From Eledone cirrhosa (Eukaryota): DNA of 64,000 nt. The DNA is taken from NCBI GenBank assembly GCA_964016885.1, contig OZ024742.1, forward strand, positions 155,806,001 through 155,870,000, read 5' to 3'. A model generated the notes under the pieces. That model had not been told where the DNA came from and did no database searches. It saw nothing but the letters and a program-made list of their open reading frames with translations. Each line of letters opens with the position of its first letter. The first letter of the stretch is position 1. Made by a program: the position numbers and the translations under genes. Shown here in pieces: positions 50,170-64,000 of this stretch.

Positions 50170-51170
50170 TCTGCGGAAGATTTCGAGAAATCATGGGATT
50201 ATAGCCAAGAGGGATATGCTTGATTTGTGGGCCTCAAAAATGCATATGATTGAGCTCCATGGGACTTGTTGAGGAACGTTCTGCAAGATTTTTGTACTGA
50301 GGGTCAGCTATTTTGTTGCAATGAATTCCTGATATGAATAACCTAGTATTTGTATTCGGAAAAATGGGATTAAGAGGATATGTTTCAAAGTCGATATCAG
50401 AATACACAATGCGTGCATACTGTTACCTTCCCAGTTCCTAATCTTAATGAACAGGGTTGACGAGTGCTGCTGAGTTGAGGGTGATAACAAGACTGGCAGC
50501 TGTAGGATCATTTGAATGGAATTTATGGACGAAATTGAACTACTAAGCTCGTCGGGATATGTACTCCAACATGCTGTTGATGGGTTCGCTGCCGAGTACC
50601 GCATGGCAAAATAAAAATCAGTACTGCGATGGCTGAGTCATTCGTCCTCTTAAGGAAACCTGCGCAGTGTATTCTATATGTAAGTAGAGTTCCACTGAAA
50701 CAGGTGGAAAAAATTCAATTATCTCGTGGCCGTTTTTACATGTGATAGCTGGCAATAGGCTAAATTAAATTCAATAATTGTTAGTTCTGGTCCAGCAATT
50801 CCCCGGCTTCAGCACTCGGTTATCACGTAAATGGAGGTAGCTGCAAAAGCCAAACATGCTATTTTCAATTTAATGTTCGTGTCAATGCTTAACTATTCCG
50901 AGGAATGAGGAATGGACAAAAGAATACGATCGCGAATACAAGTAGCCGAAGTAAAGTTCCTCTGAAGGACAGTTTGAGTAAAGTCACGCGATATTTGTGG
51001 AGCTCTGAGATTAAAGTTGGGCTCCGGGTCGAAGCGCTACCTCTCCGAAGCGAGGGATTATACAGCTCTGGTACTATAGACATGTTTAATTGTCTAATGA
51101 AACAATTACTCAACAGAAGAAGAAGAAGAAGAAGAAGAAGAAGAAGAAGAAGAAGAAGAAGAAGAAGAAG

Positions 51171-51199
<29 letters not shown>
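50170..51199 (+). mobile_element. Degraded RTE LINE 3' part followed by (AGA)n
   Basis: FEKSWDY..FVGLKNAYD and SEIKVGLRVEALPLR; (AGA)n at 51115-51199. Confidence 0.7.
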
Positions 51200-51201
<2 letters not shown>

Positions 51202-51354
51202 TTGAAACAATACACACATTTAATGGTTCAAAAGTAATATATCTTAAGTTGTTGAACACCGTGTAAGCGATGTGTTGAAGAAAGATGTGGATATTGATAT
51301 TAGAAGTTTTAATGATTATCGTATGAAATATAACATATATAATGAGTGTCCTCA

Positions 51355-51735
51355 TTGGCAATATCAGTATAGGGTCGGACGCCATGCTTTGGAGGAAAAA
51401 GTTACGGCCCTTTATCGTCTGAGTTCAAATCCCGCCGAGGTTAACTTTGTCTTTCATCATTACGGGGTCGATAAAATAAAGTATAAAGTAATACACTGGG
51501 AAAATTGCTGGCCTTGTGCCAAAGTAGAAACAATTATTATAATCAATATCATGGGCTGTGGTTTGGAAGTATAGGTAGATCATCAAACACAATGCTTTGT
51601 AACACAGACTTATGACTCTTTACGACATGAGTTCAAATCCTACTGCCTTTCATCCTTATGGAGTCGATAAAATAATGCACCAGTAATGCACTGGAATAAT
51701 AGCTGGCCAATAATAAAGGCCAAACGTAGAAACTT
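51355..51735 (+). mobile_element. Two adjacent family-1 SINE copies (51355-51540 and a diverged 51555-51735)
   Basis: gagttcaaatcc B-box plus the gtcgataaaataa core in both. Confidence 0.8.
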
Positions 51736-51876
51736 TATCATCATCATCATCATCATCTTATTAACAATACCAATATGATGGAATTCATAGGTATGTTTGA
51801 TATTGATGATAATTAAAACTGACCACACGCACATGTATGTAAGTGTGTGCGTGTATGCGTGTGTGTATGTGGGGGC

Positions 51877-51933
<57 letters not shown>

Positions 51934-52284
51934 CATCATGTATATATAGGTATACATATGTATGTGTACGATTGACATTAATCAATATGTTCTTGTCGTT
52001 TAATTACTTGAGTGACAAGTTAAGTGGGTTATGACATGCGCCTAGCCTACGATGACAAATATACTTACCTTCATAAATATTTGAATGTAAGTATAATTGT
52101 AAGCCAAATTTCTCTTCATAAAGACTAAATAGTTGTTATCAATTACACTTCGCTGAAACATTATTTGATGGTGTTATAATGTGAAAGCAACTAATATATA
52201 ATATATATGTATATATTATATATATGAAAATAGAGAGAGAGACAATTTATATACGCATACACTCACACATATATATATATGCAT

Positions 52285-52352
<68 letters not shown>

Positions 52353-53179
52353 TTATTAAAATAACAGATTAAAGTTTAAGCAAAGAATATATATATATAT
52401 ATATACGTTAAGAAATAAAGAGAAGGATTAAAATAAGTAACTTTATAATTGAGGCAATTTCTTTGACAGGTTTTATGATGTAGAATATTAAAAGTAATCC
52501 CAAGCGTTTTGCATCTTTTTATGATAACAATTTAAGAAACGTAAGTTTTTTGTAATATTTTACGAGCAAACAGTTTTCTCTAAGCGTTTATTTCAAGAGA
52601 AGTATAAATAGGAAAATAGGAAGTAAATTGAAAATAACTTAAGTAAAAAACAAAAAAAAAAAATGAATATATTTCATGACACGGATTTATTTGATAATCA
52701 TCATTTTCAAGTGAAATATATAAATGAGATTTTATATTTTCTCATAATATCAACAAATTCTCTTTCTATATGAAGTGGATCTTTCACTCATTGCTGCCAA
52801 TTCATCTGTTGACAGTTACAAATTCTCTGGCATATCAAACTTGATATATGTATAAATGCATATTTAAAATATATCTGATATTATTTTAATTTCGTGCTCT
52901 TTGTTGCGTATTTTTATATCGGAACTATTTATGCGCATTTTACATCTGATTATCTTGTATATTCCTAGAATAATATTACTACATGTTTACTTTTCAGCAA
53001 ATCTCTTGTAATTATTTCAACAGTTTTTGTGACCAATTTCTTGCTGCCCAATTCCCTGGCCTGCTATTGGATATCATTTCATTTAATACAGCTTAATGAA
53101 AAATCGTCCACGAAAAGGTCAATGCTTGAAGAAATATTTTACTTCTAATACGAATAGAAGTGTTAAGTGTCAATTAAGT

Positions 53180-53375
53180 TTTCGCATTTAATGACAAGGC
53201 CAAAAATTCGGCCGGAAGGAAGAGTTAATTAAATCAAATCTAGTACTTGTCTTGGACTTTATTTCATCGACCCGAGAAGGATGAAAGCTGAAGTTGATTT
53301 GAGCAGGGTTTGTAAAGTACTAGAGCAGATGGTGTAATGATAATATCATCCAACGCTCTATCAAATTTGCCAATT
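53180..53375 (-). mobile_element. Diverged family-1 SINE
   Basis: actttatttcatcgacccgagaaggatgaaag core. Confidence 0.65.
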
Positions 53376-54989
53376 CAATTCCATTACCCACTAATTGTAA
53401 CAATGTTGTTATATGATACGAAAGAATATTTGTTAATGTAATAATACACATATTGCAAATTGCCATTAGCTCTGTGATCGATTCTAATGTTTTGGTATAA
53501 TTAACATAGGTCAGCTACTCATATAACCATCATAATTTGTCATGAATCCCTATATGACACATTTCGCATAAAGTAAAGTAGAACGAATATGTAAAAAAAT
53601 GTATAACATTCACATTATATATCAGGATAGAAAGAATTGGCATATTATTCAGTCCTTGTTAATATTGTATTCGTTGGAAAGTGTTTATGTTTAAATATAT
53701 ATTGTTTGTATCTTTCACCTTGTTTAATACCATAATGAATATATTTTTGATATAATGAATTAATTAAACCATGGAAATATTTTGGAGTATCCTCTCTTCT
53801 AAATCTAGCTTTCTTACACATTAAATCTACTATAGGTGCATATTTCTTAGCCTTTGTCAATTAAGAATTATCAATTACACATTGATTAAAATTAAACCGT
53901 TTAAAAGCCAACAGATGAATTGAAAAAATAGTAAAGTTCACGACCCCTACAGCGCATTTATTTATGAGGCACAAGTTGCTTCATGAAAATAAGAGCAAAC
54001 ATTACATTCCCACAAATAACTCTATTTCAAATACATTTCCACTATCATTAATTGGTAAGCAATTCTTTGGGAAATTGAGAGAAAGTGAGACTAAATCCGA
54101 TATTCTATGAAATATCCATGAAGAGTATATAGGGTATATTAACGGGATATTTAATATCCAGACAATTCTCATTTTAAATTGTCTATTATTTTGAGAAATG
54201 AAAAAAATAGATGACAACCTAATAGTATTCATATATCACACATTATTATGTTATGGTAATCTATAAATGTCAATATAATATGTATTTCATCTTTATAAAT
54301 CCGACTTTCAACCTAACCAGATGTAAAACGTTACAATCTTTAAAATCTGATCTAAGTGGGGGTATTTCAATAAAAAAGTAAAAGTAAAGCACCCAATTAG
54401 ATTAAAAGTACCCTACTATGAACCACGATATATTTATTGGTATAGATAGGTTATTTATTCTAACTTGTGAAAGTTAACATATATCCACATGTCACTGTCT
54501 AATTTAATCTAACAAAGGCTCGCAATTTCAAACAGTAATAATTAAAAATGTATTTCTCTTTTCTAGGTGCGGTTGCAGCTCATCTAGGATATCGAAAAAT
54601 GCCTTCCCCCACTTATCAAATTTCGTTAATCTATCTGCGGCGAAATTACATTTTAAGTGGTAGCCTTCCTGCGACAATTAATTTTCTTTATACATTAAAA
54701 ACCCTTATACATGACAAAAAGTACATTACTAGAAATCCCATACGTTATAAAAATATATTGGATGTAAACTAAACAACTAATTCTGGTAGTTAAAGAATCT
54801 ATGGAGGCAACCTAAAAAAACTTACAGATCCCCCCGAAAAAGTGTATTCCGCCAAACCCCCACTTATTTCACTGCACCCTAATATTTGGGGCAGGAGAGT
54901 TGAAAATCTCCTTAAGTCCCCCCTATAGAGTATATGGTTCATGTCTGGTGAAGATATAAAGGGAGAGGGTAGAGTGCAAGTTAGCTAAT

Positions 54990-55725
54990 GAACAGTGCAG
55001 TTGTCCCGACACAGTACAGCCGACGAAATATTCACACTGTGGCTGGTCTTCGAGAATTCATGGGAGTATTGCCAAGCGGTATATTCTTGATTTACATATA
55101 ATCGCGTCCTGCTGTGGTGTTCGAGCCATTTTCAGCATTTTGCTGTCCTGATTTCTCTATTCAAATGCCCGAGTATTTGTGTTAGGATGAATACTGCCAA
55201 ATCAAGATCGTTCAATGTGAGAGTTGGACTCCGCAAAGGGTGCATACTGTCACCTCTCCTGTTAATTATTTTCATAAACTGGTTTTACATGCACAGCCCG
55301 GTTGAAAGTGCCATCACAACTAGCAGACGAAATGTTGTAACTTAACTTGGCAGAGGGTGATCTCCGATTTGCACTTGGTAGATTTGATGCCGAGTGATGT
55401 AGGCTAGAATGAAAATCATTGCTGTGAGATCTAAGACACTCGTCCCCTCAAGGAAAGCCTGTGGAGTGCAATATACATGTGAATGGATGTCTACTGAAGT
55501 AGGGGGACAGACTCGCTATCTTTAGTTCTGTATTCCTGCCAAATTTTACCTATGTACATGAAGCTTCGGTAATGACTGAAAGAATACGATCGGGAATAGA
55601 AGCGGCCGTAACGGAGTTCCTCCAAAGGGTGTTTCAACTAACGTTACTCGATAGAGTGCGTAGTTCAGAGATCAGAGGGTCACTCCGTATTGAGAGATCA
55701 CAGCTCCGATATTATACGCATGTTT
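54990..55725 (+). mobile_element. Degraded RTE LINE RT fragment
   Basis: STADEIFTL..FENSWEY, GLRKGCILSPLLLIIF, LRIERSQLRYY. Confidence 0.8.
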
Positions 55726-56185
55726 TATTCGATTTTTCCTTTCGTTAATAAAATTACTTTTTACGGACCGGTACGTAATACCTTGTGATTTTTGCGAGAT
55801 ACACGTTGTTTCAGATAAATTCAAATGTATTCAGTTGCGTTCACATGGGCTTTATTGCATTATAAATGTATAATTCTATAGGGAGTCATTTAAAACGTAT
55901 TGGCTTTATTCCACTTCATAACATTTTATTTAGTGTGTGTCCATTTGGATCGCGTTGTATCTATCAACACGTCATCATGTGCTTAAGGATGATCATTGTC
56001 AGGAGAGTCCACACATTAGTCAAACATGAAATCGAGTAGCTCACGTTCAAATATATGTTCTTTATGACATTTAAATGCATTAAGATTAAAACTAACCTTA
56101 TCTTTAACATACCATACAAATGTTTTACAATTAAAATGAGTTGCCATGGAACATTGAATTCCTGTTTTAATGAACATATGCATGC

Positions 56186-56304
<119 letters not shown>

Positions 56305-56403
56305 ATTTGAGTTTATGTTGGTTGTATACCAACACCTCAGTGTGCAAGCTGAAGCACTCGACGAAGTGCGCAGGTTGGTTTGGCTACTCCGGAGTAGTGT
56401 AAA

Positions 56404-56779
56404 ATAAAGTTAAATAAAAGTCAAATGATTAAAATTTAGCTTCGTTTATTACTGCTATATATGTTTCAGTGACAGCCATCTTTGGCTGTGACCTCTTCAG
56501 GCAGTTTGAATTAGTATGGTATAGACAAGTACATATGTTGTTTAGGTGTATAATATTGTCAATACTCTGATATGCCCAGTTCCTTGTTGGGTTGTTAATT
56601 CACATATGACTCCAGTTCCTCAGTGTATTGACAATATTATACACCTAAACAACATATGTACTTGTCTATACCATACTAATTCAAACTGACTTAAGAGGTC
56701 ACAGCCAAAGATGGCTGTCACTGAAATATATATAGCAGTAATAAACGAAGCTAAATTTTAATCAGTTGACTTTTATTTA

Positions 56780-56786
<7 letters not shown>
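56404..56786. repeat. Fold-back inverted repeat (~162-bp arms, ~58-nt spacer) with a hammerhead in each arm
   Basis: 56404-56566 is the reverse complement of 56625-56786. Confidence 0.95.
56451..56505 (-). ncRNA. Type I hammerhead ribozyme (mirror at 56685-56739 has core CTTAAGA)
   Basis: actgc CTGAAGA ggtc acagcc aaagat ggctgt cact GAAA catata TA gcagt. Confidence 0.75.
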
Positions 56787-56878
<92 letters not shown>

Positions 56879-57218
56879 GAATTTGCCATCGGACATAGCC
56901 GCCGATGCCAAATTCTTTGTCGGTCTTTATTGGTGTGTTCATCCTCTTTCATAGCAGCTCTGCGATATAGCACGTTCTGTATACTTATATATTTATATAT
57001 ATATATACAGTTATATATGTCTCGCTCACACTGCCCTCCTCAGAAACAATCTTGTTTCCGAAGAATACATTATCATTGAACCTATGTATTATGTCTGATA
57101 GTATATAGTTCCCTAACTGCTATAGATCAGTCAATATATCAATATGATCAACCCTCCGAATCGCTAGTAAAACAATGAAATGAATATGTGAAATAAATTG
57201 CCTTCATTAGGATTACCA

Positions 57219-57831
57219 CTAGCAGGAAAACCACCCTTCGGGTGGTTTTCTGCAAGCAGGTGTAGTGTGTATATTGATATTAAACACAGGTACATATACA
57301 TGTAGATATGATACATCAAATAAAATCGTAATTGGCAATATACACAGAAATTGAGCGAAGACTGTGTTACACTGTCTTATATAATCAGTAACGTAATCCA
57401 TGATACATTAAAAAAGACGAGTTAATAAATAAATATAACGTTATACTTGTTTTACCATCCCATTTCCAATTAAACCGAACGCTATCATGACTGTATGTGT
57501 GTGTGTGTGTAAATGTATATGTATGAATGTATGTATGTTTGTGTAAATGTATATGTGTGAACGTATGTATGTTTGTGTGAAAGTATGTGTGATTGTGAGT
57601 ATGTTTGTGTGAAAGTGTGTGTGAATGTATGTATATTTGTGTGAAAGTATGTCTATTTGTGTGAATTATGTCCGTGAGAGTGTATTTATATAAGTTTGTG
57701 TTTGCGCGATTATAGTTATATACTCATACATATAAATGTATGTATGTGCACAATCATACGCGTCAGGTGTAGAAAATCATAACCTCTCTATCTCTCTCAT
57801 CACACACTCTCTCTTTCTATATATATGGTAG
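57219..57831 (-). mobile_element. Non-autonomous Helitron-like element
   Basis: Minus-strand 3' hairpin gaaaaccaccc gaa gggtggttttc then ctg CTAG|T, the same type as at 32676-32705. The putative 5' end reads ctaccatatatatag. Confidence 0.6.
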
Positions 57832-58164
57832 TTGAAGTGATGATGGTTTCGACGATATACCGGAAGTGCAACTTTGAAAAGAAATAAATTTTAAATTATT
57901 TATTTTTACGAAATTATTTTTGTTTACGAAATTGAGTAGACAGATTATGTAATATTCATTCATTATTTATTCAAAGTAATCCAACTTATTTTACAAACGG
58001 GATAAAAAAAAATAAACCGTACGCAATCCCGCAGACCTTCCTATATTGTAGTTTAGATTGTTAAATTAATATCTAATATATCAGACTGTTGACTGTTTAT
58101 CAAAAGAATTGACTCAGAGAAACACGGAACACATCTCTGGATCTAACTAAATTACTTACTAACG

Positions 58165-61100
58165 GATTGCATTGTAAAACCGCCTCTCCTTCATTCTTAA
58201 ATGAAGGTGGCGGGGTGATCCAGACGATGGACTCGGCTGACAACTGGATGCGTCCCACACGTGACAGTAGCTTTTCGACATAATTCCACAGGTCGGTCAC
58301 CTCTGGGCACTGAACAATTGCGTGCAGAACGGTTTTCATGTCCTGCTCGCATCTTGAACAGGATCTTTTGGCAGGATTTCTGCCAGGGCGTCCGTGCCTG
58401 TAGATAGTGTCTCGAACTGGTAGAGCTCCTCGGTAGCACTGCTAGGCCAGTGAAATCTGGAAGTTAATCATAAGCCCTGGACGGAAAGTACTCCAGAACA
58501 AACTGGTCAGTTCGTCCTTCTCGATGCCTAGAGTTTCCCCGAGAACGTCGTCGCACTTATCCTCCACTAATTCCCTATTGAATGGCGAAATGGAGTCTCC
58601 GCTGAGTGCCGTTTCCGCTTGGTAGAGGGCTGTGAACGCCTGAAGGCACTCGATGTGCCAAGCGCCCATTTTCGGTCTTCGCTTGAACCAGGACTGCAGC
58701 TCTGTTAGTGAGACGAGTTGTGGAAGAGCTCGTCTCGCAAACCACAGCCACGCCGGTTCGCCGGACAGGAATACCTGAAGATGGCGTAGTCTTAGCGCGT
58801 GTTTGTGCATTATCAGCCACGGCATGCCCAGCCTTCCGTTAGAAGGGTGTTAACAGCAGATGGATCTCCTCAACAATGGAGCTTGTTTCTTCCAGAGGAA
58901 CTTGAAGATTAGGCGTTCCATTTTTGTGAGGTGTTCGCGGGGACAATGTCAGACTGTCAAGCGGTATTAGATGACGGACGTTATGTAAGTGTTCGGCACC
59001 TCCGCTCTTTCTTTCAAGGATAGCTTGCTCAGCCTACTTCTGTGTGAGTGCAAACACCTTCGCCGTGACCTCGTTCCAGTTCTTGTCCACATTGAGGTCT
59101 GGAACAAACCAGACCCCGAGAAATTTCACCGGTCCTTCCGTCCAGAGTCTAACCACACTGTCGGGAGACATGGGTTTGCCTCTCCATGTGCCGATTTGCA
59201 AACCGTCAGACTTGTTTGGGTTTAGTCTTGCTCCTGTCAACGTTTCGTATTCCTGTTATAGGTTGCCGATTACCCCGATTTCCTAGGTTTTCGACACCAT
59301 TACGGTTACGTCGTCAGCATAGGCTGACGCTGCTTTCCGCATTCCTGGTTCGACCAGGATGCCCTTCAACTGCTCCCACTTCCACAGTAATGGCTAGAGA
59401 GTCAGTACATACAGAATGGATGAGAGAGGGCATCCCTGACGGATGGAACGCATGATTTGGAATGGCTCCGATAGTTAGCCATTCACCATGACTGCCGAGC
59501 AGATGCTGGTGTGTATGGCAGCGAGCCAGCCTCTGAAGATGGGGCCGAACACGGCCGCCTTGAGAACCGCTTCCAAGTATTGATGATCGACCTAATCAAA
59601 TGCCTTAGACTGATATAAATTGATCAGAGCACAACCGAAGCCAGGTTTACACCCTACCATATCTATGATGTATCGCATGCGGTGTAGGTTGTCGTGTATG
59701 CATCTGGTCGGGATTGCCCACGTTTGCCTATTCCCTACCAGGTCTCAACGACAAGTGCCAGCCTCGTTGCTAACACCTTGGCCAAAATCTGTAACTCTAT
59801 GTTGAGCAGAAGTATGGGTCAGATATTGTTTATCTCATCCCCCTTGTTCTCATCTTTCCTGATCAGGGTTACTACGCCTCTGCCTACAGAACTGGGAATC
59901 CTCCCGTGCTGCTGCCAGTTGCAGTAGACCGCTTCGAGGACGCCAGAGAACAAGTCTAGCATGCCTATGTAAAACTCATAGTGTAGACCATCTAAACCGG
60001 GAGATTTGCGTGTCCGAAGGCGGCCTAGGGCATTTTCTATTTCGCCCGTTGTGATCGACCTTTCACACCTCTCTGCATCCCTACTCGAGAGTCGTGGTAC
60101 GCCGTCGAGGTAGGAACTGAAGTCGATCACCTCGCTGGACGTACCGCTTTGCCCGAACAGTTGTGCAGTGCTGCTGCAAGGCCGTGCACATCTGCTTGGA
60201 TTCAAGTAGAATGCCTCCATCTTCGTCTTGCAAAGAAAGAATTGTGGATTTCTTGGCATTTTCGCCTCTGCCACTCGGGCCCAGCCAACAGCTTTAGCTT
60301 CCTCGTTTCTTAGAGCACGTGTTCTACTTCTGACAATACAACCTTCCGGTTTCACGTTGGAGAACTGGTCTAGTGCCGTTCTCGCCGCTAGCACGTCAGG
60401 TATACTGCCATTCCTACGTGCCTGTTCTACTTTAGCTACGAGTTCCTTTTCGGTTTTGTTTTTTTTCTAAAGCTACTTCCTTGCTAAATGCTATCGATTC
60501 TATTCTAATTGCGCTCTTGAGAGAGCTCCACCACCTGTCATTTACGATCGCCACGTCAACTGGCCCTTAACTAAGGTGCTACTCCGTTCACTGTAGGCCT
60601 TACGCGACATGTTTAGCTTCCAGTATCCTGGTCCCTGTCTATGTGTTCTATCAAGGTTGACTATGCAGGTAACTAATTTGTGGTCTGAATAGGCAACCGT
60701 GTGCATTTGTGGACAGCTTACTGTTTCCTTATCATTCTGTCTAATTAGAAATCTATCTAAATACGATCTAGAAAACCCAGTGCGGTTGCTCCACGTCCAC
60801 AGTGGTGCACTTGGGAAGTCTAGTCGATATCTATCAGCCAGTTGGAATTGGCTGATGATATTTTTTATGCTATTACACCCCCCTCTATTATCACAAGCTC
60901 CTACATAGTCCCAACATGCGTCTAAGAAACCATTCCAGTGCCCCGCTAACACTAAGGAGCGAGACGTTCCCCGGAATGGCTCCAGACGCTTGAAGAACTC
61001 TGGTTGCGATGTCCTTGTCGGGGCATATACGGCCAACAGTCTGAAAGCTCCACCTTCACTACCATTCACGTCCAGGACCACTAGGCTGCCCTCCGGGTCC

Positions 61101-63150
61101 AGGGGAATCGTCTGTACTTTGAGCTCCAGGTTTTTTCAAAACAGTACAGCAACTACCCCTCCACCTCATGGTTGACAGAGAGATGCGTAGATCTCAAAAT
61201 CATCGAACATGCGGGTTAGCTGCTGCTTGTCGTGAATCCTGGACTCGATGATGGCTATCACATCTATACAGTGTGCTCTGAGATCATTTAAAAACTGGCC
61301 CTGTTTCCAAGGCATGCCCAGGCCACTTAGATTCAAACATCCATCTGGTATAGTCGCCATGTTGGTGAAGAAGCGTTAGGGAGAGAAAAGGCAGGAACTC
61401 TTACCGTTTCATTTTCTGTAGGTTGGGTTTTTCGATCTCCAAGTCCAAACTGGGGGTGTTAGGGGAAGGATGGAATCCTTTTAGCAGGACACGGTTGAGG
61501 GGTTTTGGCAAGGGGAGGGGACCACAACATGTGGGAAGTTCCCTTTTAATGTTTCATACTGTAGGGTTGTTACCATGATTAGTTTATGGTTTGGGGTGGG
61601 TCGTTGGTGGGGAAGGTTTTCCCTTCCGTTTTGGATTGTGGAGTCCTTTCGGAGAGTTACCACCAGTTCTTTGTTTCTTGTTTTTATGTATGTGTAATGT
61701 GTTTTGTTATTTTATGTGTACTATTTCTGTTTGCAGTTTTCTTTTGTGGTTGGGGTTTGTCAGTGTGGTGGTGTGTGTGTTTGTTTTGTTGGTGAAGTGT
61801 CTGGCTCTGTTGTTCGCGTGGGTGTTGTTTGTGACGATATGTTTATGTCTGTGTTGGGTGTGTGCTTGTTTTCTGTTGATGTTTTTGTTTGTGTATTTTT
61901 TCAGTGTCATTTTTTCTTTCAGGATTGTTGGGCTTCCACTTCATCCTCACTCGGAGATGTAGAGGTTCATGTGTATGAGGTGTTATCACTGTTTGGTATA
62001 TGGGAGGGGTATTTTGTGTGGGGGTTGAGTGTTTGTGTGTGTGTGGTTGTGCGAGTGTTAGACAGAGGGGGAAGGGGAGGACAGAGTCCTTCAGGGTAAT
62101 TTCTGGTGTGGTGTCTTTTGTGGTTTGTGATGGTTGGGTGAATGTTGATTGTTTGGGCGTTTCGTTATTTGTTTTCGGGTGTGTCTGTTATGGTTTGGGT
62201 GTTGGGAGCAACGCTTTCTTTTGTTTTTCCACACCCAGCATTGGGCAAAATGCTTATAAATGCGTTTTTTTTCCACATTTGAAACATTATGGTTTTTTGC
62301 TCTCCACTGCGAAGTGCACGGCATGGTTGTGTTCCACCGGCATCCTTTCCGGTATTTTTTCAATCCTCTCCGGTTTCATTTAGACCAAGAGTTCCATTGA
62401 GCTCCCATTCCAGTTCTGTTGGATTGATTTTTTTGCAGAGAGGAGGTTGTCATCACCCTTTCTCCAAAAAACAACCCAGGATCCACCATATGTTGGTGTT
62501 CGGTGGGATCTGGGAGATCCTTATTTTATGGGTTCTTCTTCCCATGTATGTTGGGAAGAATGTGTTGGCTCGTTCTAATTGGAGCCACCGAATATTTCTG
62601 GGCGAGGGCCTCGCTTTTAATGAGCACCGAGAAGCTCCTGTACTGCTTGGCCCTCTGAAGGTAAGCAATGTACGGCATTGCCTCCTTTAGTGCGGTTCTA
62701 CCCTCCTATGGCTTTAAGCAATAGGTTTCTGGGTTGTGAGCTGATAGTCTGGAAGAAAATTATTTCTCTAAAGGTCGCTGCCCTAATTTCCGGTGGGGTA
62801 TTTATTCGAAAACAGTCGAAAGTTTTATGTTGCGCAGCGGCCTTTAGGTGCTGCGCTGGGTTTGACAGATCTATTTCTATACACTCTGTCCCTTTGGCAA
62901 AGGTTTCTGCAAACGTTTTTTTTTTTCCGTGTGTTTGGTTGTTTTCGCTTGTGCTGGGGTTGTTGCTTTTGCTGTTCTTGTTACTGTTATTGTCTTCGTT
63001 GTTTTGGGGGTTGTTTTTATTTGTTTGTGTTGCCATGGCCCAATTTGGCATGACGTCTGAGTTGTCCAGCTGTTTCTGTTAAGGCGAAGGAGTGTCTCCT
63101 CTTTGTGCTGGGATTGTTGAATTTGCCTTGTAACTGACTACTATTATTGA
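58165..63150 (-). mobile_element. Near full-length degenerate Tx1/L1-clade LINE (ORF1 with zinc knuckle; ORF2 EN-RT-CCHC)
   Basis: ORF1 remnants include CFKCGKKTH...C near 62250-62287. ORF2 from 61360: GCLNLSGL, AVYAP, YLDR, SDH, YWKLN, KSPGLDGL, QGCPLS, AYADD, TVLHAIVQCP. Confidence 0.92.
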
Positions 63151-63274
63151 AGGGAAGTGCTGCTGTGGTAGTAAGTAAGCAGTCCCTTTTTCCATTTTCT
63201 TCTTTTGGCCAGAAAATTCTTTTCTTTTCGACCGAACTTTCAGGATTGGCGAAAGTGGCGGTAGTAGAGGAAAT

Positions 63275-63468
63275 AATTGTTTCTACTTTAGGCAAAAGGC
63301 CAGTAATTATCCAGTGTATTACTGGTACTTTATTTTAGCGACCCCGTAAGGATGAAAGGTAAAGTCAACCTCGGCGGCATTTGGACTCAGATTGTAAAGG
63401 GACGTAACTATGCTGGAAAATACTGTGTCCGACTCTCTACCGATACTGCCAATCTACCGCCTTGCCAA
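63275..63468 (-). mobile_element. tRNA-derived SINE (family 1)
   Basis: Homologous to 5340-5525. Confidence 0.85.
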
Positions 63469-63964
63469 TCCCTTAGCCGTGCCGGTAGTAGATGAAATAA
63501 TGTCTTCTTTTACGCTCCCCTTTCCAAGAACGTTCTCTGCGTTTAAAGAAGGCAGCATTTTTGATGCCATTTTTAAATTTTCACAAATAGTATCTTTTTC
63601 AATTTTGAGAGTGGAAATTAAATTTTCCCCCTAAGGGCTTGAAACTTAGAAAAACCAACCCCCTGGAGTCTCAGGGTGTTGGTTTATCTTTAAAACAATG
63701 TAATACAATTTACAAAAATCAGAAAGTTTACCAGAAAGTTTAAACAAATACTCACCTGCGAGTCGTCACTCGTCTACCCATGTGGGGAGATAGATAGGTA
63801 CGCCCCACATCCTTCCACCACTTGTTTTACTTCATGTTTATTTTTATTTTGTTTATGCTTTTATATTTAATTCAATATGTACCGTTTCCTCTCACCCTCT
63901 TTTTTCTATATGTCTCTCCACCACACTCCTACACACCCTTGGAACTCTCTTCCCACACACTTTT

Positions 63965-63997
63965 CACCTGAAGAAGAGCTTATGCCCGAAACGTCGT
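63965..63997 (+). ncRNA. Hammerhead-like core at the window edge
   Basis: cac CTGAAGA agagc ttat gccc GAAA CG TC gt; stem I weak and the sequence is cut off. Confidence 0.5.
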
Positions 63998-64000
63998 TCC

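Noticed and set aside
53645-56161. Further minus-strand exon candidates (53719-53851, 56045-56161)
   Set aside because: Weak splice signals, unresolved phase, and possible old LINE origin.
57226-57250. Terminator-like GC hairpin
   Set aside because: Eukaryotic context; the adjacent CTAG|T fits a Helitron 3' end better.

Overview
This is AT-rich animal DNA made almost entirely of repeats and (TA)n microsatellites. The SINE content suggests an octopus-like cephalopod (inference). I could not identify an intact host gene, only a few weak minus-strand exon candidates. Recognisable elements are Penelope-like retroelements (PLEs; Naiad-type with a CxCx5C linker, one Neptune-type with an uninterrupted RT-thumb/GIY-YIG ORF), RTE and Tx1/L1 LINEs, a Dong/R4 3' end inside (TAA)n, a deleted mariner, Helitron-like pieces and two tRNA-SINE families. 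The main signal is about 30 type I hammerhead ribozyme (HHR) motifs from many unrelated repeat families, folded by eye. Most have a palindromic stem III, and three families carry the compensatory U3-A8 core instead of C3-G8. Many sit in non-coding fold-back cassettes or retrozyme-like tandem units (313, 430 and 630 nt) embedded in (TA)n tracts. All folds and coordinates were read manually, and activity is not demonstrated.
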